Source: an uncultured Deinococcales bacterium
GTDB taxonomy: Bacteria; Deinococcota; Deinococci; Deinococcales; JAAFIG01
Direction of reading: 5' to 3'
Assembly: GCA_964244895.1 (NCBI GenBank)
Contig: CAXTKV010000119.1
Location: 1 to 16,141, forward strand
Length of the DNA stretch: 16,141 nt
Both the position numbers and the translations under genes were made by a program. Position 1 is the first letter of the stretch, and every line of letters begins with the position of its first letter. The notes beneath the pieces were generated by a model. The model made no database searches. It saw only the letters and a list, made by a program, of their open reading frames with translations, and had not been told where the DNA came from. Of the stretch, positions 1-8,300 are shown one piece after another.

Positions 1-315
1 GGCGAGGGCGTGTTGCGCGCGCTCGAAGGCTGGTCGGAGGCCGTGCCAGCCCTGATCTTGCTGGACATCAACCTGCCCAGGCTCGGCGGTCTGGAAGTGC
101 TCGAGAGACTGCGCTCGGACGCGCGTTGGGTCAGCACGCCCGCCGTGATCTTCTCGACATCGCGGCTTCAGGCCGACCGCGAGCGCGCCTACCGGGCCGG
201 AGCGAACTCTTACGTCGCCAAGCCCGCCAGTTTCGGTGAGTTTCGCGAGGTGCTGGTGCGGTTGGGGACGTACTGGACACGTTTGAACGTCACTTTGAGC
301 GCCGAAACCGTCTGA
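1..315 (+). CDS. Single receiver-domain response regulator, Rcp1/CheY-like (5'-truncated by window edge)
   Basis: Frame is open from base 1. Motifs LILLDINLP (phospho-acceptor Asp), GLEVL, STS, AYRAGANSYVAKP (conserved Lys) and a C-terminal YW are typical of Rcp1-like regulators. Confidence 0.9.
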   Translation, partial: GEGVLRALEGWSEAVPALILLDINLPRLGGLEVLERLRSDARWVSTPAVIFSTSRLQADRERAYRAGANSYVAKPASFGEFREVLVRLGTYWTRLNVTLSAETV

Positions 316-485
316 TCTCGAGCCGTCCTCGTCGCTCTTTTGCGTGCGAACGCTCGAGCAGGGGAGGTGTCGCGCTCCACCCCGCCTTCAATCTTCGGGT
401 TCATTCTTGAAGAGTCCGTGCTGCACGGCGTTTCGGGCTTTGCGGCAATGCGGATTTCTTCGCAGCGCGAGGGAACGGCGTTTCC

Positions 486-491
486 TACACT
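486..491 (+). promoter_or_regulatory. -10 element (TACACT) of a probably leaderless gene
   Basis: TANNNT hexamer 7 nt upstream of ATG 499, with no Shine-Dalgarno in between. Confidence 0.65.
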
Positions 492-498
492 GACCGGC

Positions 499-1050
499 AT
501 GAATGCATCACTGAGGGTCGTGGAGAAACTCGAGCCATCCCGGATCGCGGCGCGCGCAATCGGTGCGCTGATCGCGATTTCGTGCCTGATCGTGCTGGCG
601 GTGGTGCTGGTCGGCGTGTACCGCGCGACAGCCGGTGGCAACACGGCCTTGATCGCCTGGGCGGGTCGCTCGCCGATCCTGGCGACGATGATCGCGGTCG
701 TCGGGGCGTTCGGTGTGGCCGCGTTTGCGCTCGTCACGACCTGGTTGCCGGGGCGTCGGGTCTTCAGCTTCGATCGATCCAGCGTCTACGTGACCGTGGA
801 TCGCCGCACGTCCAGGTACGGCATCGCGGAGGTCAGCGTCAGCGGCGAACCGCCCCGGCTGCACCTGCGCGGTCAGTCCTTCGCGCTGGAAGCGCAGGAT
901 TACGAGCGTCTGGCTGGATTCCTGCGCGTCGTGTCCCACCACCCGCCGCGTTTCAAGCCGATGGCCGCCGTCAAGCAGACGATCATTGAATCCTCGCGCC
1001 CGTTGCGCCAGTTGTTCACGGGTTCGGCGCGCCACCCGACGCAAGTCTGA
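499..1050 (+). CDS. Hypothetical membrane protein (two TM helices plus a small beta-rich soluble domain)
   Basis: Part of ORF 340..1050; start placed at ATG 499 because of the -10 motif. Hydrophobic segments AIGALIAISCLIVLAVVLVGVY and ILATMIAVVGAFGVAAFALVTTW. A terminator follows. Confidence 0.7.
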   Translation: MNASLRVVEKLEPSRIAARAIGALIAISCLIVLAVVLVGVYRATAGGNTALIAWAGRSPILATMIAVVGAFGVAAFALVTTWLPGRRVFSFDRSSVYVTVDRRTSRYGIAEVSVSGEPPRLHLRGQSFALEAQDYERLAGFLRVVSHHPPRFKPMAAVKQTIIESSRPLRQLFTGSARHPTQV

Positions 1051-1067
1051 ACTCGATCAGTTTGACC

Positions 1068-1100
1068 AGCTCGAGCATCGCGCGGATGCTCGAGCTTTTT
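1068..1100 (+). terminator. Intrinsic terminator
   Basis: Perfect 12-bp stem AGCTCGAGCATC (1068-1079) / GATGCTCGAGCT (1085-1096), 5-nt loop, then a T run; 17 nt after stop 1050. Confidence 0.8.
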
Positions 1101-1113
1101 CGTGCTCGACAAG

Positions 1114-1159
1114 AACACCGTCCAGCACGCAAATCACGTATTGCGTGCTGGACGGTGTT
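1114..1159. repeat. Dispersed palindromic repeat, family A, copy 1
   Basis: Perfect 19-bp inverted repeat AACACCGTCCAGCACGCAA / TTGCGTGCTGGACGGTGTT with an 8-nt loop. Confidence 0.9.
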
Positions 1160-1224
1160 TCTGTTATTCCGGCGGCAGGGAATGCACCTCTTGCGAAAGT
1201 CAGTCCCCAGAACGCGTTGACGCG

Positions 1225-1289
1225 AGGGCAACCATCAAGGTTGCCCCTACAGAACGGGCTTTTGTAGGGGTAACCCTTGTGGTTACCCT
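1225..1289. repeat. Inverted doublet of GTAG-class REP sequences (REPIN/BIME-like)
   Basis: Minus strand 1250-1225 reads GTAG-GGGCAACC-ttgat-GGTTGCCC-T; plus strand 1264-1289 reads GTAG-GGGTAACC-cttgt-GGTTACCC-T. Confidence 0.85.
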
Positions 1290-1325
1290 GCCCTCGAGAC
1301 GTGTTCGACCCCTTTCGCAGGAGGT

Positions 1326-1634
1326 CTAATCGACGCTCTCGAGTTCCGTCAGTTTGCCCAGGCGGTCGCGGGCCGTCTCGAGCCCCATGTCCGCCAATGT
1401 TTTCATGGCGCGTTCGACGACTGGAAGCTCCACTTGCGATTGACCCCAAGAGGCGGTCAGTTGCGCCAGGTCTTGCAGCACGCTTTTCTGGGATTCTTTG
1501 AAAAACATGGCTGCGACCTGGCTGGTGGCGGCAAAGGCGGGTGGTTTCGCGTCCAGCACGTCCACGCGCACGGCAGCCAGCAGTTCCATGAAGGTCTGGT
1601 CGAAGCGCTGGCGGACGGTTGGGTTGACGTTCAC
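1326..1634 (-). CDS. Hypothetical protein, 102 aa, probably helical
   Basis: Fills the gap between genes, has protein-like composition, and its GTG start has TACACT 6 nt upstream (1646-1641 on the minus strand). Confidence 0.7.
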   Translation of the reverse strand: MNVNPTVRQRFDQTFMELLAAVRVDVLDAKPPAFAATSQVAAMFFKESQKSVLQDLAQLTASWGQSQVELPVVERAMKTLADMGLETARDRLGKLTELESVD

Positions 1635-1695
1635 GCCCAGAGTGTACCCGAAGGGCTGGCCGATTCTCGAGATGTCACCTGAAGCACATTTACTA

Positions 1696-1715
1696 TACCG
1701 TCTGGACGGTAATCT
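1696..1715 (+). promoter_or_regulatory. Putative TetR operator overlapping the -10 element of the tetR-smr operon
   Basis: Palindrome TACCGTC-TG-GACGGTA (1696-1711) overlaps TAATCT (1710-1715), which is 5 nt before ATG 1721. Confidence 0.7.
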
Positions 1716-1720
1716 AAGTC

Positions 1721-2296
1721 ATGCCTTCCGCGACCGCACCGCAAGACACCAGAGACGCGATCCTGAACGCCGCCAACCGCGTAATCCTGCGCGACGGCTC
1801 CGGCAGACTGACCCTGGAAGCCGTAGCGAAGGAAGCCAACATCAGCAAGGGCGGCTTGCTGTACCACTTCAAGAACAAGGAAGCGCTGATCTTCGGCTTG
1901 CTGGAAGCGCAACTCGCGCAGTTCGAGCGCGCGCTCGAGGATCATCTGGACGGCACGCCGGGATCGTGGACTCGAGCCTTCGTGAACGCCTCGGTTTCGG
2001 ACTCGAGTACCCACGAAGAACTCGAGACGAACGCCGCACTGCTGGCGGTGGTCGGTGAAAACCCCGGCTTGCTCGAGCCGTTCCGCGAACGCGCCCGCGC
2101 CTGGCAGGCGAGCGCAGAATCGGACGGCATCGACCCAGTCGCGGCCACGCTGGTGCGGATGGCCACGGATGGGCTGTACTACGCGGAACTCTTCGACCTC
2201 GGGCAGCCAGCCCCGGAACTCCGCGCGCGAGTCGTGGCGCGAATGCTCGAGATGGCGTCACCGCCAGTCCCTTCGGCCCCCGGAAAGAGGAAATGA
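1721..2296 (+). CDS. TetR/AcrR family transcriptional regulator
   Basis: N-terminal HTH TRDAILNAA...LTLEAVAKEANISKGGLLYHFKNKEALI; C-terminal ATLVRMATDGL; coupled to the SMR gene. Confidence 0.95.
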   Translation: MPSATAPQDTRDAILNAANRVILRDGSGRLTLEAVAKEANISKGGLLYHFKNKEALIFGLLEAQLAQFERALEDHLDGTPGSWTRAFVNASVSDSSTHEELETNAALLAVVGENPGLLEPFRERARAWQASAESDGIDPVAATLVRMATDGLYYAELFDLGQPAPELRARVVARMLEMASPPVPSAPGKRK

Positions 2297-2297
2297 A

Positions 2298-2630
2298 ATG
2301 AACTCTTGGATTCTCTTGGGCATCGCCATCATCTCTGAAATCATCGGCACGACCGCACTCAAAGCCTCGAACGGCTTCACCAGAATCATCCCGAGCGCGC
2401 TGGTCGTGCTGGGCTACGGAACGGCCTTTTACCTGATGTCGCAGACCCTCAAATCCCTCGAGATCGGCACGGTCTACGCCGTCTGGTCGGGCGTCGGCAT
2501 CGTGGGTACGGCGATCATCGGTTACTTCATGTTCCGCGAGGGTATTGACCTGCCCAAAGGCATCGGCATCGCGCTGATCGTGGCGGGCGTGGTGATCCTG
2601 CAAGCCTTCAGCAAGACCGCCGCGCACTGA
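2298..2630 (+). CDS. SMR (EmrE/QacE-like) small multidrug efflux transporter
   Basis: 110 aa from ATG 2298 (RBS GAGG). Four TM segments; WILLGIAIISEIIGTTALKASNGF carries the conserved membrane Glu; also YAVWSGVG. Confidence 0.95.
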   Translation: MNSWILLGIAIISEIIGTTALKASNGFTRIIPSALVVLGYGTAFYLMSQTLKSLEIGTVYAVWSGVGIVGTAIIGYFMFREGIDLPKGIGIALIVAGVVILQAFSKTAAH

Positions 2631-2646
2631 TGCCCGATGCAAAAGC

Positions 2647-2696
2647 ACCGTCCAGCACGCTGTTCCCTGAAACTCAAAAGCCTGGTGCTGGACGGT
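2647..2696. repeat. Dispersed palindromic repeat, family A, copy 2
   Basis: 12-bp inverted repeat ACCGTCCAGCAC / GTGCTGGACGGT with a 26-nt loop, 16 nt after the SMR stop. Confidence 0.85.
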
Positions 2697-2784
2697 TTGC
2701 GTGCGCACCATCTGTCCTAAAACGGCGGTTGATGTACGCTCACCCTGAAATGAGCCATCCTCGAGCACCCAAACGGAGGTCGGC

Positions 2785-3237
2785 ATGAACACGAAGTTGA
2801 TTTGGAACGGTGCGCTCACGCTGATCGGCCTGGTTTTCCTGCTGGGCGCGTGCCTCGCGCCCGCGCCGACCACGCCACCACCGCCACCAACATCACCCGC
2901 TCCGCCGCCAGCACCACCGGCATCGCCAGCACCACCAGCACCGCCCGCACCACCGGTCGATGCGAACGCTTGCCCAAACCTGATCGGCATTGACGGCCAG
3001 AACTTCCGGTACGCACCCTCGAGTTGCACGATTCACCTGAACGGCTCGAGCAGAACCATCGCGATTGCGGCCTCGAACTCGCACCCGCTCGATGCCATCT
3101 CGGACAACTGGCCGCGCCCGATCAGCGCTGCCCTGAGCGACCAGACGGTCACGTTCACAGCGCCTGGGGTGTACCGGTTCCGTTGCCGCGCGCACTTTTC
3201 TCAGGGCATGACCGGAACAGTCACCGTCGAAAATTGA
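2785..3237 (+). CDS. Cupredoxin (plastocyanin/azurin-like) lipoprotein with Pro-rich linker
   Basis: RBS GGAGG; lipobox LLGA-C; Pro/Ala stalk; type-1 copper ligand pattern SHPL...YRFRCRAHFSQGMTG (His, Cys, His, Met). Confidence 0.88.
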   Translation: MNTKLIWNGALTLIGLVFLLGACLAPAPTTPPPPPTSPAPPPAPPASPAPPAPPAPPVDANACPNLIGIDGQNFRYAPSSCTIHLNGSSRTIAIAASNSHPLDAISDNWPRPISAALSDQTVTFTAPGVYRFRCRAHFSQGMTGTVTVEN

Positions 3238-3355
3238 CTGTTGAAATCTTGTCGTTGCGGGTTCTCGAGCAGGCCGTCCCGAGGCACGTCAGTCGTACCT
3301 GATGCTCTCGCGTCGAGCAACGCCACCGGAGCCCCGATGCTGCTGCCATTCTGAG

Positions 3356-3387
3356 GAGGCGTGACGAAGAATCTTTCGTCACGCCTC
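3356..3387. terminator. Strong hairpin between convergent genes (possible terminator, no U-tract)
   Basis: Perfect 13-bp inverted repeat GAGGCGTGACGAA / TTCGTCACGCCTC with a 6-nt loop. Confidence 0.55.
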
Positions 3388-3485
3388 AGTCAAAAATAGG
3401 TAGTCCGAGAAAGGATTCTCGTCTCCCGTGCTCCGGTTTTTAGAAAGCGTTGGAAGATCAGGGTTGACGCGTCACTGTACGGTTT

Positions 3486-4346
3486 TCACTGTGCAATCTT
3501 CTTTTTCAACACCTCGCGCATGGAAATGGGTGGGCGACCGAGCAAATTGGCCAACGTCGGATCGACAGCCGAGAATTCGCCCTGGCGACTGGCGGCGAAC
3601 AGTCCCACGAGCATGTCTGCGGCAGAGGCGGGCACACCGTGAGAGACCAGGCTGGTTCGGTACGCATCGTCGGTCACGACGACGCGCTCGACTGGGCGTC
3701 CGGTGAGTTCCGAGGCGATGTCAGCCAGGTCGGCCAGGTCGAGCGCCGCCGAACTGGTGAGTGGTGGTGTGATTCCCTCGAAGCGGCCCTCGTTGGCGAG
3801 GATGATCGCGGTCGCCTCGGCGAGGTCGGCGTGGGTCGTCCAGGAGACCGGGCCATCTTCGGGTGCGACGAGCCTGCCCGTCTCGAGCGCCTGGCCCATC
3901 AGCATCAGTCCACTGTCCGCGTAGAACCCGTTGCGCAGCGAGGTGAACGCCACGCCCGAGGCGTGCAGCATGCTTTCGGATGCGGCGTGGTCGGGCATGG
4001 GCGAGAACGGGGATGCTGGGTGAGCGCCCATGTGGCTGGTGTAGAGGATGCGCTGCGCTCCAGCGTCCCTGGCAGCCTCGATCGCCGTGCGGTGCTGGTG
4101 AAGCGCCTGCTCCCCGGTGCTGTTGGCGGACACGATCAGCAGCTGAGAGACACCCTCGAACGCGTGGTGCAGGCTGACCGGATCATCGAAATTGCCCTGG
4201 CGGACGCGCACGCCGCGCTGGCTCAGTTCGCTGGCCTTGGCTGGATCGCGGACGCTGACGCCGACCTTCTCGGCTGGCATCCGCTCGAGAAGTCGCTCGA
4301 CGACGGCGCGACCCAGTTGGCCGGTGGCTCCAGTGACAATAATCAT
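3486..4346 (-). CDS. NmrA-like atypical SDR, NAD(P)H-binding (YtfG/QorB-like oxidoreductase)
   Basis: Start MIIVTGATGQLG at 4346 with RBS GAGGAGA; motifs SVRDP, ILYTS, LRNGFY, LLGRPP. Confidence 0.92.
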   Translation of the reverse strand: MIIVTGATGQLGRAVVERLLERMPAEKVGVSVRDPAKASELSQRGVRVRQGNFDDPVSLHHAFEGVSQLLIVSANSTGEQALHQHRTAIEAARDAGAQRILYTSHMGAHPASPFSPMPDHAASESMLHASGVAFTSLRNGFYADSGLMLMGQALETGRLVAPEDGPVSWTTHADLAEATAIILANEGRFEGITPPLTSSAALDLADLADIASELTGRPVERVVVTDDAYRTSLVSHGVPASAADMLVGLFAASRQGEFSAVDPTLANLLGRPPISMREVLKKKIAQ

Positions 4347-4383
4347 GAATTCTCCTCGCTTCCGGCGTCGGATAGCACCTGTT

Positions 4384-4421
4384 GTTTCCACCGATAGCAA
4401 AAATATGTTATCAAAGATAAT
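4384..4421. promoter_or_regulatory. Putative operators of the divergent TetR
   Basis: Palindrome TTATC-AAA-GATAA (4408-4420) and a related site GTTTCCACCGATAGC (4384-4398) in the AT-rich divergent gap. Confidence 0.5.
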
Positions 4422-4476
4422 TACTGGCTGCAAGAGCCAGGACCGGTGATTGCGCGGGACGCCTATAGTCGGGCGT

Positions 4477-5208
4477 ATGACGGAGCAGCTCAGCGTGGAA
4501 GTCATCGAACCAGCCAGTGCTCAGGACGGGTCGCGATCGCGCATCCTGTCCGCCGCGATCGAACTGTTGGCCAGCGAGGGACGAGACGCCCTGACGACCC
4601 GAGCGGTGGCCGCCGCAGCCGGTGTGCAAGCCCCAACGCTCTATAGACTTTTCGGTGACAAGAATGGCCTGCTCGATGCGGTCGCAGAGCACGGTTTCAT
4701 GGCGTACTTGAAAGAAAAAGAGGTTCGTGAACTCGGCCCCGACCCGGTCGAGAATCTTCGGGCGGGCTGGAACCTGCACGTCGAGTTTGGTCTGGCCAAT
4801 CCGGCCATTTTCTCGATCATGTCCGGCGATCCTCGCCCCGGAGTTCAGTCGCCTGCGGCGGCGGCTGGCCTCGATCACCTCAAACGGCAGATCAGAGCCC
4901 TCGCCCTGGCGGGGCGACTTCGGGTGAGCGAGGATCGCGCCGCCGATCTGATGCGCGCCTCGGGTCGCGGTACGGTGCTGACGCTCCTGGAAATGCCGGA
5001 GGGCCGCCGGGACCTCGGCCTGTCCGAGGCCGCCCGCGAAGCCGTGATCGCCGCCATTGCCACCGAAGTACCGACAGTGCAAGATTCCAGTGCTGCCGGG
5101 GCAGCGATTGCGTTGCGCGCCGCGCTGTCGGACGCGACGGTGCTGAGCCCCGGTGAGCAGTCGCTGCTCAAAGAATGGCTCGATCGTCTCGCCGGGAACC
5201 CGTCGTAA
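4477..5208 (+). CDS. TetR/AcrR family transcriptional regulator, divergent from the NmrA-like gene
   Basis: HTH SRSRILSAA...LTTRAVAAAAGVQAPTLYRLFGDKNGLLDAV; ATG 4477 has TATAGT (4464-4469) 7 nt upstream. Confidence 0.93.
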   Translation: MTEQLSVEVIEPASAQDGSRSRILSAAIELLASEGRDALTTRAVAAAAGVQAPTLYRLFGDKNGLLDAVAEHGFMAYLKEKEVRELGPDPVENLRAGWNLHVEFGLANPAIFSIMSGDPRPGVQSPAAAAGLDHLKRQIRALALAGRLRVSEDRAADLMRASGRGTVLTLLEMPEGRRDLGLSEAAREAVIAAIATEVPTVQDSSAAGAAIALRAALSDATVLSPGEQSLLKEWLDRLAGNPS

Positions 5209-5239
5209 GGTGCGGCTCGACCTTTGACCAGCCCCAAAA

Positions 5240-5281
5240 CACCGTCCCGGACGCGTTATCTGATTCGCGTCCGGGACGGTG
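5240..5281. repeat. Dispersed palindromic repeat, family A, copy 3 (compensatory variant)
   Basis: Perfect 16-bp inverted repeat CACCGTCCCGGACGCG / CGCGTCCGGGACGGTG; two substitutions relative to the consensus are mirrored in both arms. Confidence 0.85.
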
Positions 5282-5303
5282 CTCTCGAAACCCTGACCAT
5301 TGA

Positions 5304-5324
5304 GCTCGAGCGCTGCGCTCGAGC
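5304..5324. terminator. GC-rich hairpin just downstream of the oxidase gene (possible terminator)
   Basis: GCTCGAGCG-ctg-CGCTCGAGC, 10 nt past the minus-strand stop at 5335; no clear U-tract. Confidence 0.4.
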
Positions 5325-5334
5325 ATCACGCCGT

Positions 5335-8300
5335 TCAATTCCCGACGTGCACCATCGTGGACACCGACGGCACGCCGTTCGAGTCGATCACGAACAGCAT
5401 GTAATACCCGGCGGGCGCGATGTTCGGATTGCTGGACACGGAAGCCGTCAAACCACCAGCGGAAGCTGTGAACGACAACGGCACGTAGCGCTGCCCGGTG
5501 TTGAACGAGTGCGTCACCGAGCCCAACTTGACCAACGCGACCTTCGAGATGCTGGCCGCATCCGGGGTCTGAATCGCGATGCTGCTGCCGTAAGTAACGT
5601 TCTGGCTGGCGCTGGCGATGGTCGGGCGCGCGGCCAGCCCGCCGGAGGCGTTGAACAAATACGGTGGCGAGAAGAACTCGACGTTGTAGCGGTTGGTCGT
5701 GCAGGTGCTGCAAAATCCTTCACCACCGACCATCACGCGTCCGTCTGGCAGCAGCAGGGCGGTCGAGTGGTACTGGCGCGGCGTCTGCATGCTCGAGAGC
5801 GTCCGCCACTGGCTGGTGGCCGGGTTCCAGAGTTCCGGTGACAGTACCGCACCGCCGGAATTGTCCGTGAAGTACGTGTTGCTCGAATTGCCTCCGGTGG
5901 CCAGCACCGTGCCGTCCGCCAGCAGGGTCGCGTTCAGCTGCCGACGACCGAAGCTCAAGGATGCGGTCGGTGCGATCACGGGAACAGCACCGTTGATGTC
6001 CATGGTCAGTGCGGAACTGGTCGAAGGGCCGCCACCGACGTACAGGATCTTGCCAATGTCGTACATCGCGGTCGAACCGTAATCGCGCCAGATGCCGTCG
6101 CCCCTGGAAACGCTGCTCGTCCACGCGCCAGCGCCGGAAGTGTTCAGGAAAGCCGTGTTGAATTCAGCGCCCGCAAAAAACACGCGCCCGTCCGGAGCCA
6201 GGTGCACCCGAGGGTAGTAATCGAGCGATACGTTGACGTTGGTGAGCTTCCGGTACGTGCCATCGCTCTGCCAGATTTCGGGTTGGGTGACGACGTTGAA
6301 ATTCTCGTCCGTTCCGGCCACGACCAGGACTTCTCCGTTGGCGGCGTTCACCACCGACGGATACCAGCGCGCGTACTGCATGGGTTGCCCAATCGTCCAG
6401 AGGTTGGAATTCGGGTTGAAAATGTTCGTGTCCTTGACGCCACGGTTGACCGGAGCGGTGCCGCCCGCGCTGAATACTCGCCCGTCCGCCAGTTGCGTTT
6501 CGCCCGCGCAGAACAGCGTCGTGCTGGTGTTGTCCGCTGGTGTGTGCGTGTTGGCGGATGGGTTCCAGATGTCCACGACCGTATACGCCCCGACCTGACT
6601 GCGCGTGTCGCCCTGCCCGTCGTAGGTCATGACGCGACCGTCCGCCATCAGGATGCTGTGGATCGGTACGACCGGCCACGGCGTCACGGCTGACCATTGA
6701 CCCGTCTTGCACGGCCCGCTCGAGCAGACGGCTGGAGGCGGTGGTGGCGGTGGCGGCGGTGGCGGCGGTGGTGGTGCGGGAGGTATAGAGGCTGTCGTCT
6801 CGAGGCCCGAACTGCTGCCCGCAGCATTGACCGCCCTGATGCGGTACGTGTAGCTGATCCCTGCGCTCAGAGGTGAATCGGTCATCGAGGTCGCGGTCGG
6901 TGCCGCAATCTGCGCGTAAGGAATCGTGTCGGTCTTGCGCTCGATGGTGTAGCCCGTCGCTTCAGCCACGATCGTCCAGGTCAGGCTGATTGCGCTACTC
7001 GAGCTCGGCGTCGCAGTCAACACCGTCGGGTTGGACGGAGGTGATGCTGGCGGAGGTGGTGGCGGATCAGGTGGTGGCGGATCAGGTGGTGGCGGTGGAG
7101 GTGTCGGAGATGGCGGCGGTGGCGGTGGCGCTAACGTCGTTACTGACGCTTCCCGGCCCGCGCTGCTCGAGCCGTTGTTCACGGCTTTGAGACGGTACGT
7201 GTAGGTCTGACTGGCATTGAGGCCGCCGTCAGTGAAGATCACAACGCCCGCCGTCGGCGCAGCGATCTGCGAGTAGGTGGTCGTGTCGGTCTTGCGCTCG
7301 AGCGTGTATCCGGTCGCGCCCGTGACGGCGCTCCAGGCCAGGTTGATCGCGCTGCTCGAGGTGGAAATGGCGGCGAAAGCGGTCGTGTCTGGCGGTGCCG
7401 GGTTGCACCCGACGCGAGCCATCGCCCAATCGCCGTGGTCGTTGTGCGTGTTGTCGCCACCGTCGGTCAACACCAGGCGCAGTTCCGTGCGTCCGGTCAC
7501 GTCCAGGTTGACGGATGCGCTGGGCGATGTGCCTAAAACCTTTCCTGAATCGTAGAGTTTCGCGCCGTCTGCGAAAACCTGAAAGTTGCCGCTACCGTTT
7601 CCGTAGGTTTCGTCGTCGATACCGACGATGGCTTTGAAGCTCGAGCAGACGCCGCCCAACGCGTATCGAACGTCGGAAAGGGACTGAACGCCCAAGCCTT
7701 TGGTGTAGGACACGCCACGAATCTTGATCGGGCGTCCGTCCCCGCCAGCGGACTCACCGTTGGATGTATCGCGCTCGAGCGGCCCCCAGCCGTTGCTGAC
7801 GACGTTCAACGTCAGGTCGCTGAGGTAGCGTTCCGTCGCGGCGGGCGGTGGTGGGCTGGGCGGTGGCGCGGGAGGAGTCGGAGGAGGTGGTGCTGGTGGC
7901 GGCGGTGGTGCTGGTGGCGGTGGCGTGGGTGAGGGCGGTGGAGGTGTCGGAGATGGTGGCGGTGGTGGCGTGGTCGCTGCGGACGTGGTGGCGGTGGCTT
8001 CCTTGCCCGCGCTGCTCGAGCCATTCACGGTTTTGATTCGGTACGTGTACACCGTCGAAGCCGTCAGTCCGGAGTCGGAAAACGTGGTCGCGCTGGCTGC
8101 GGGGGTCGCGATCTGTCCGTAAGCGCCCGCGCCCGTTTTGCGCTCGATCGTGTAGCTGGTCGCACCAGCCACGGCGCTCCAGCCCAGGTTGATGGCGCTG
8201 CTCGAGGCGGCGGTGGCGGTAAACGTGGTCGGGTCGGCTGGTGCAGCCGCGCCGCAGGTGACGCGAGCCATCGCCCAATCGCCGTGATCGTTGTGCGTGT

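Noticed and set aside
340..498. Longer N-terminus for ORF 340..1050 (and similar extensions at 2055, 4450, 4505, 9654, 10835)
   Set aside because: Downstream ATGs have an RBS or -10 box and match domain starts; the extensions overlap promoters or neighbouring genes.
1869..3029. 386-aa minus-strand ORF
   Set aside because: Overlaps three well-supported plus-strand genes; its Gly-rich part mirrors the Pro linker.
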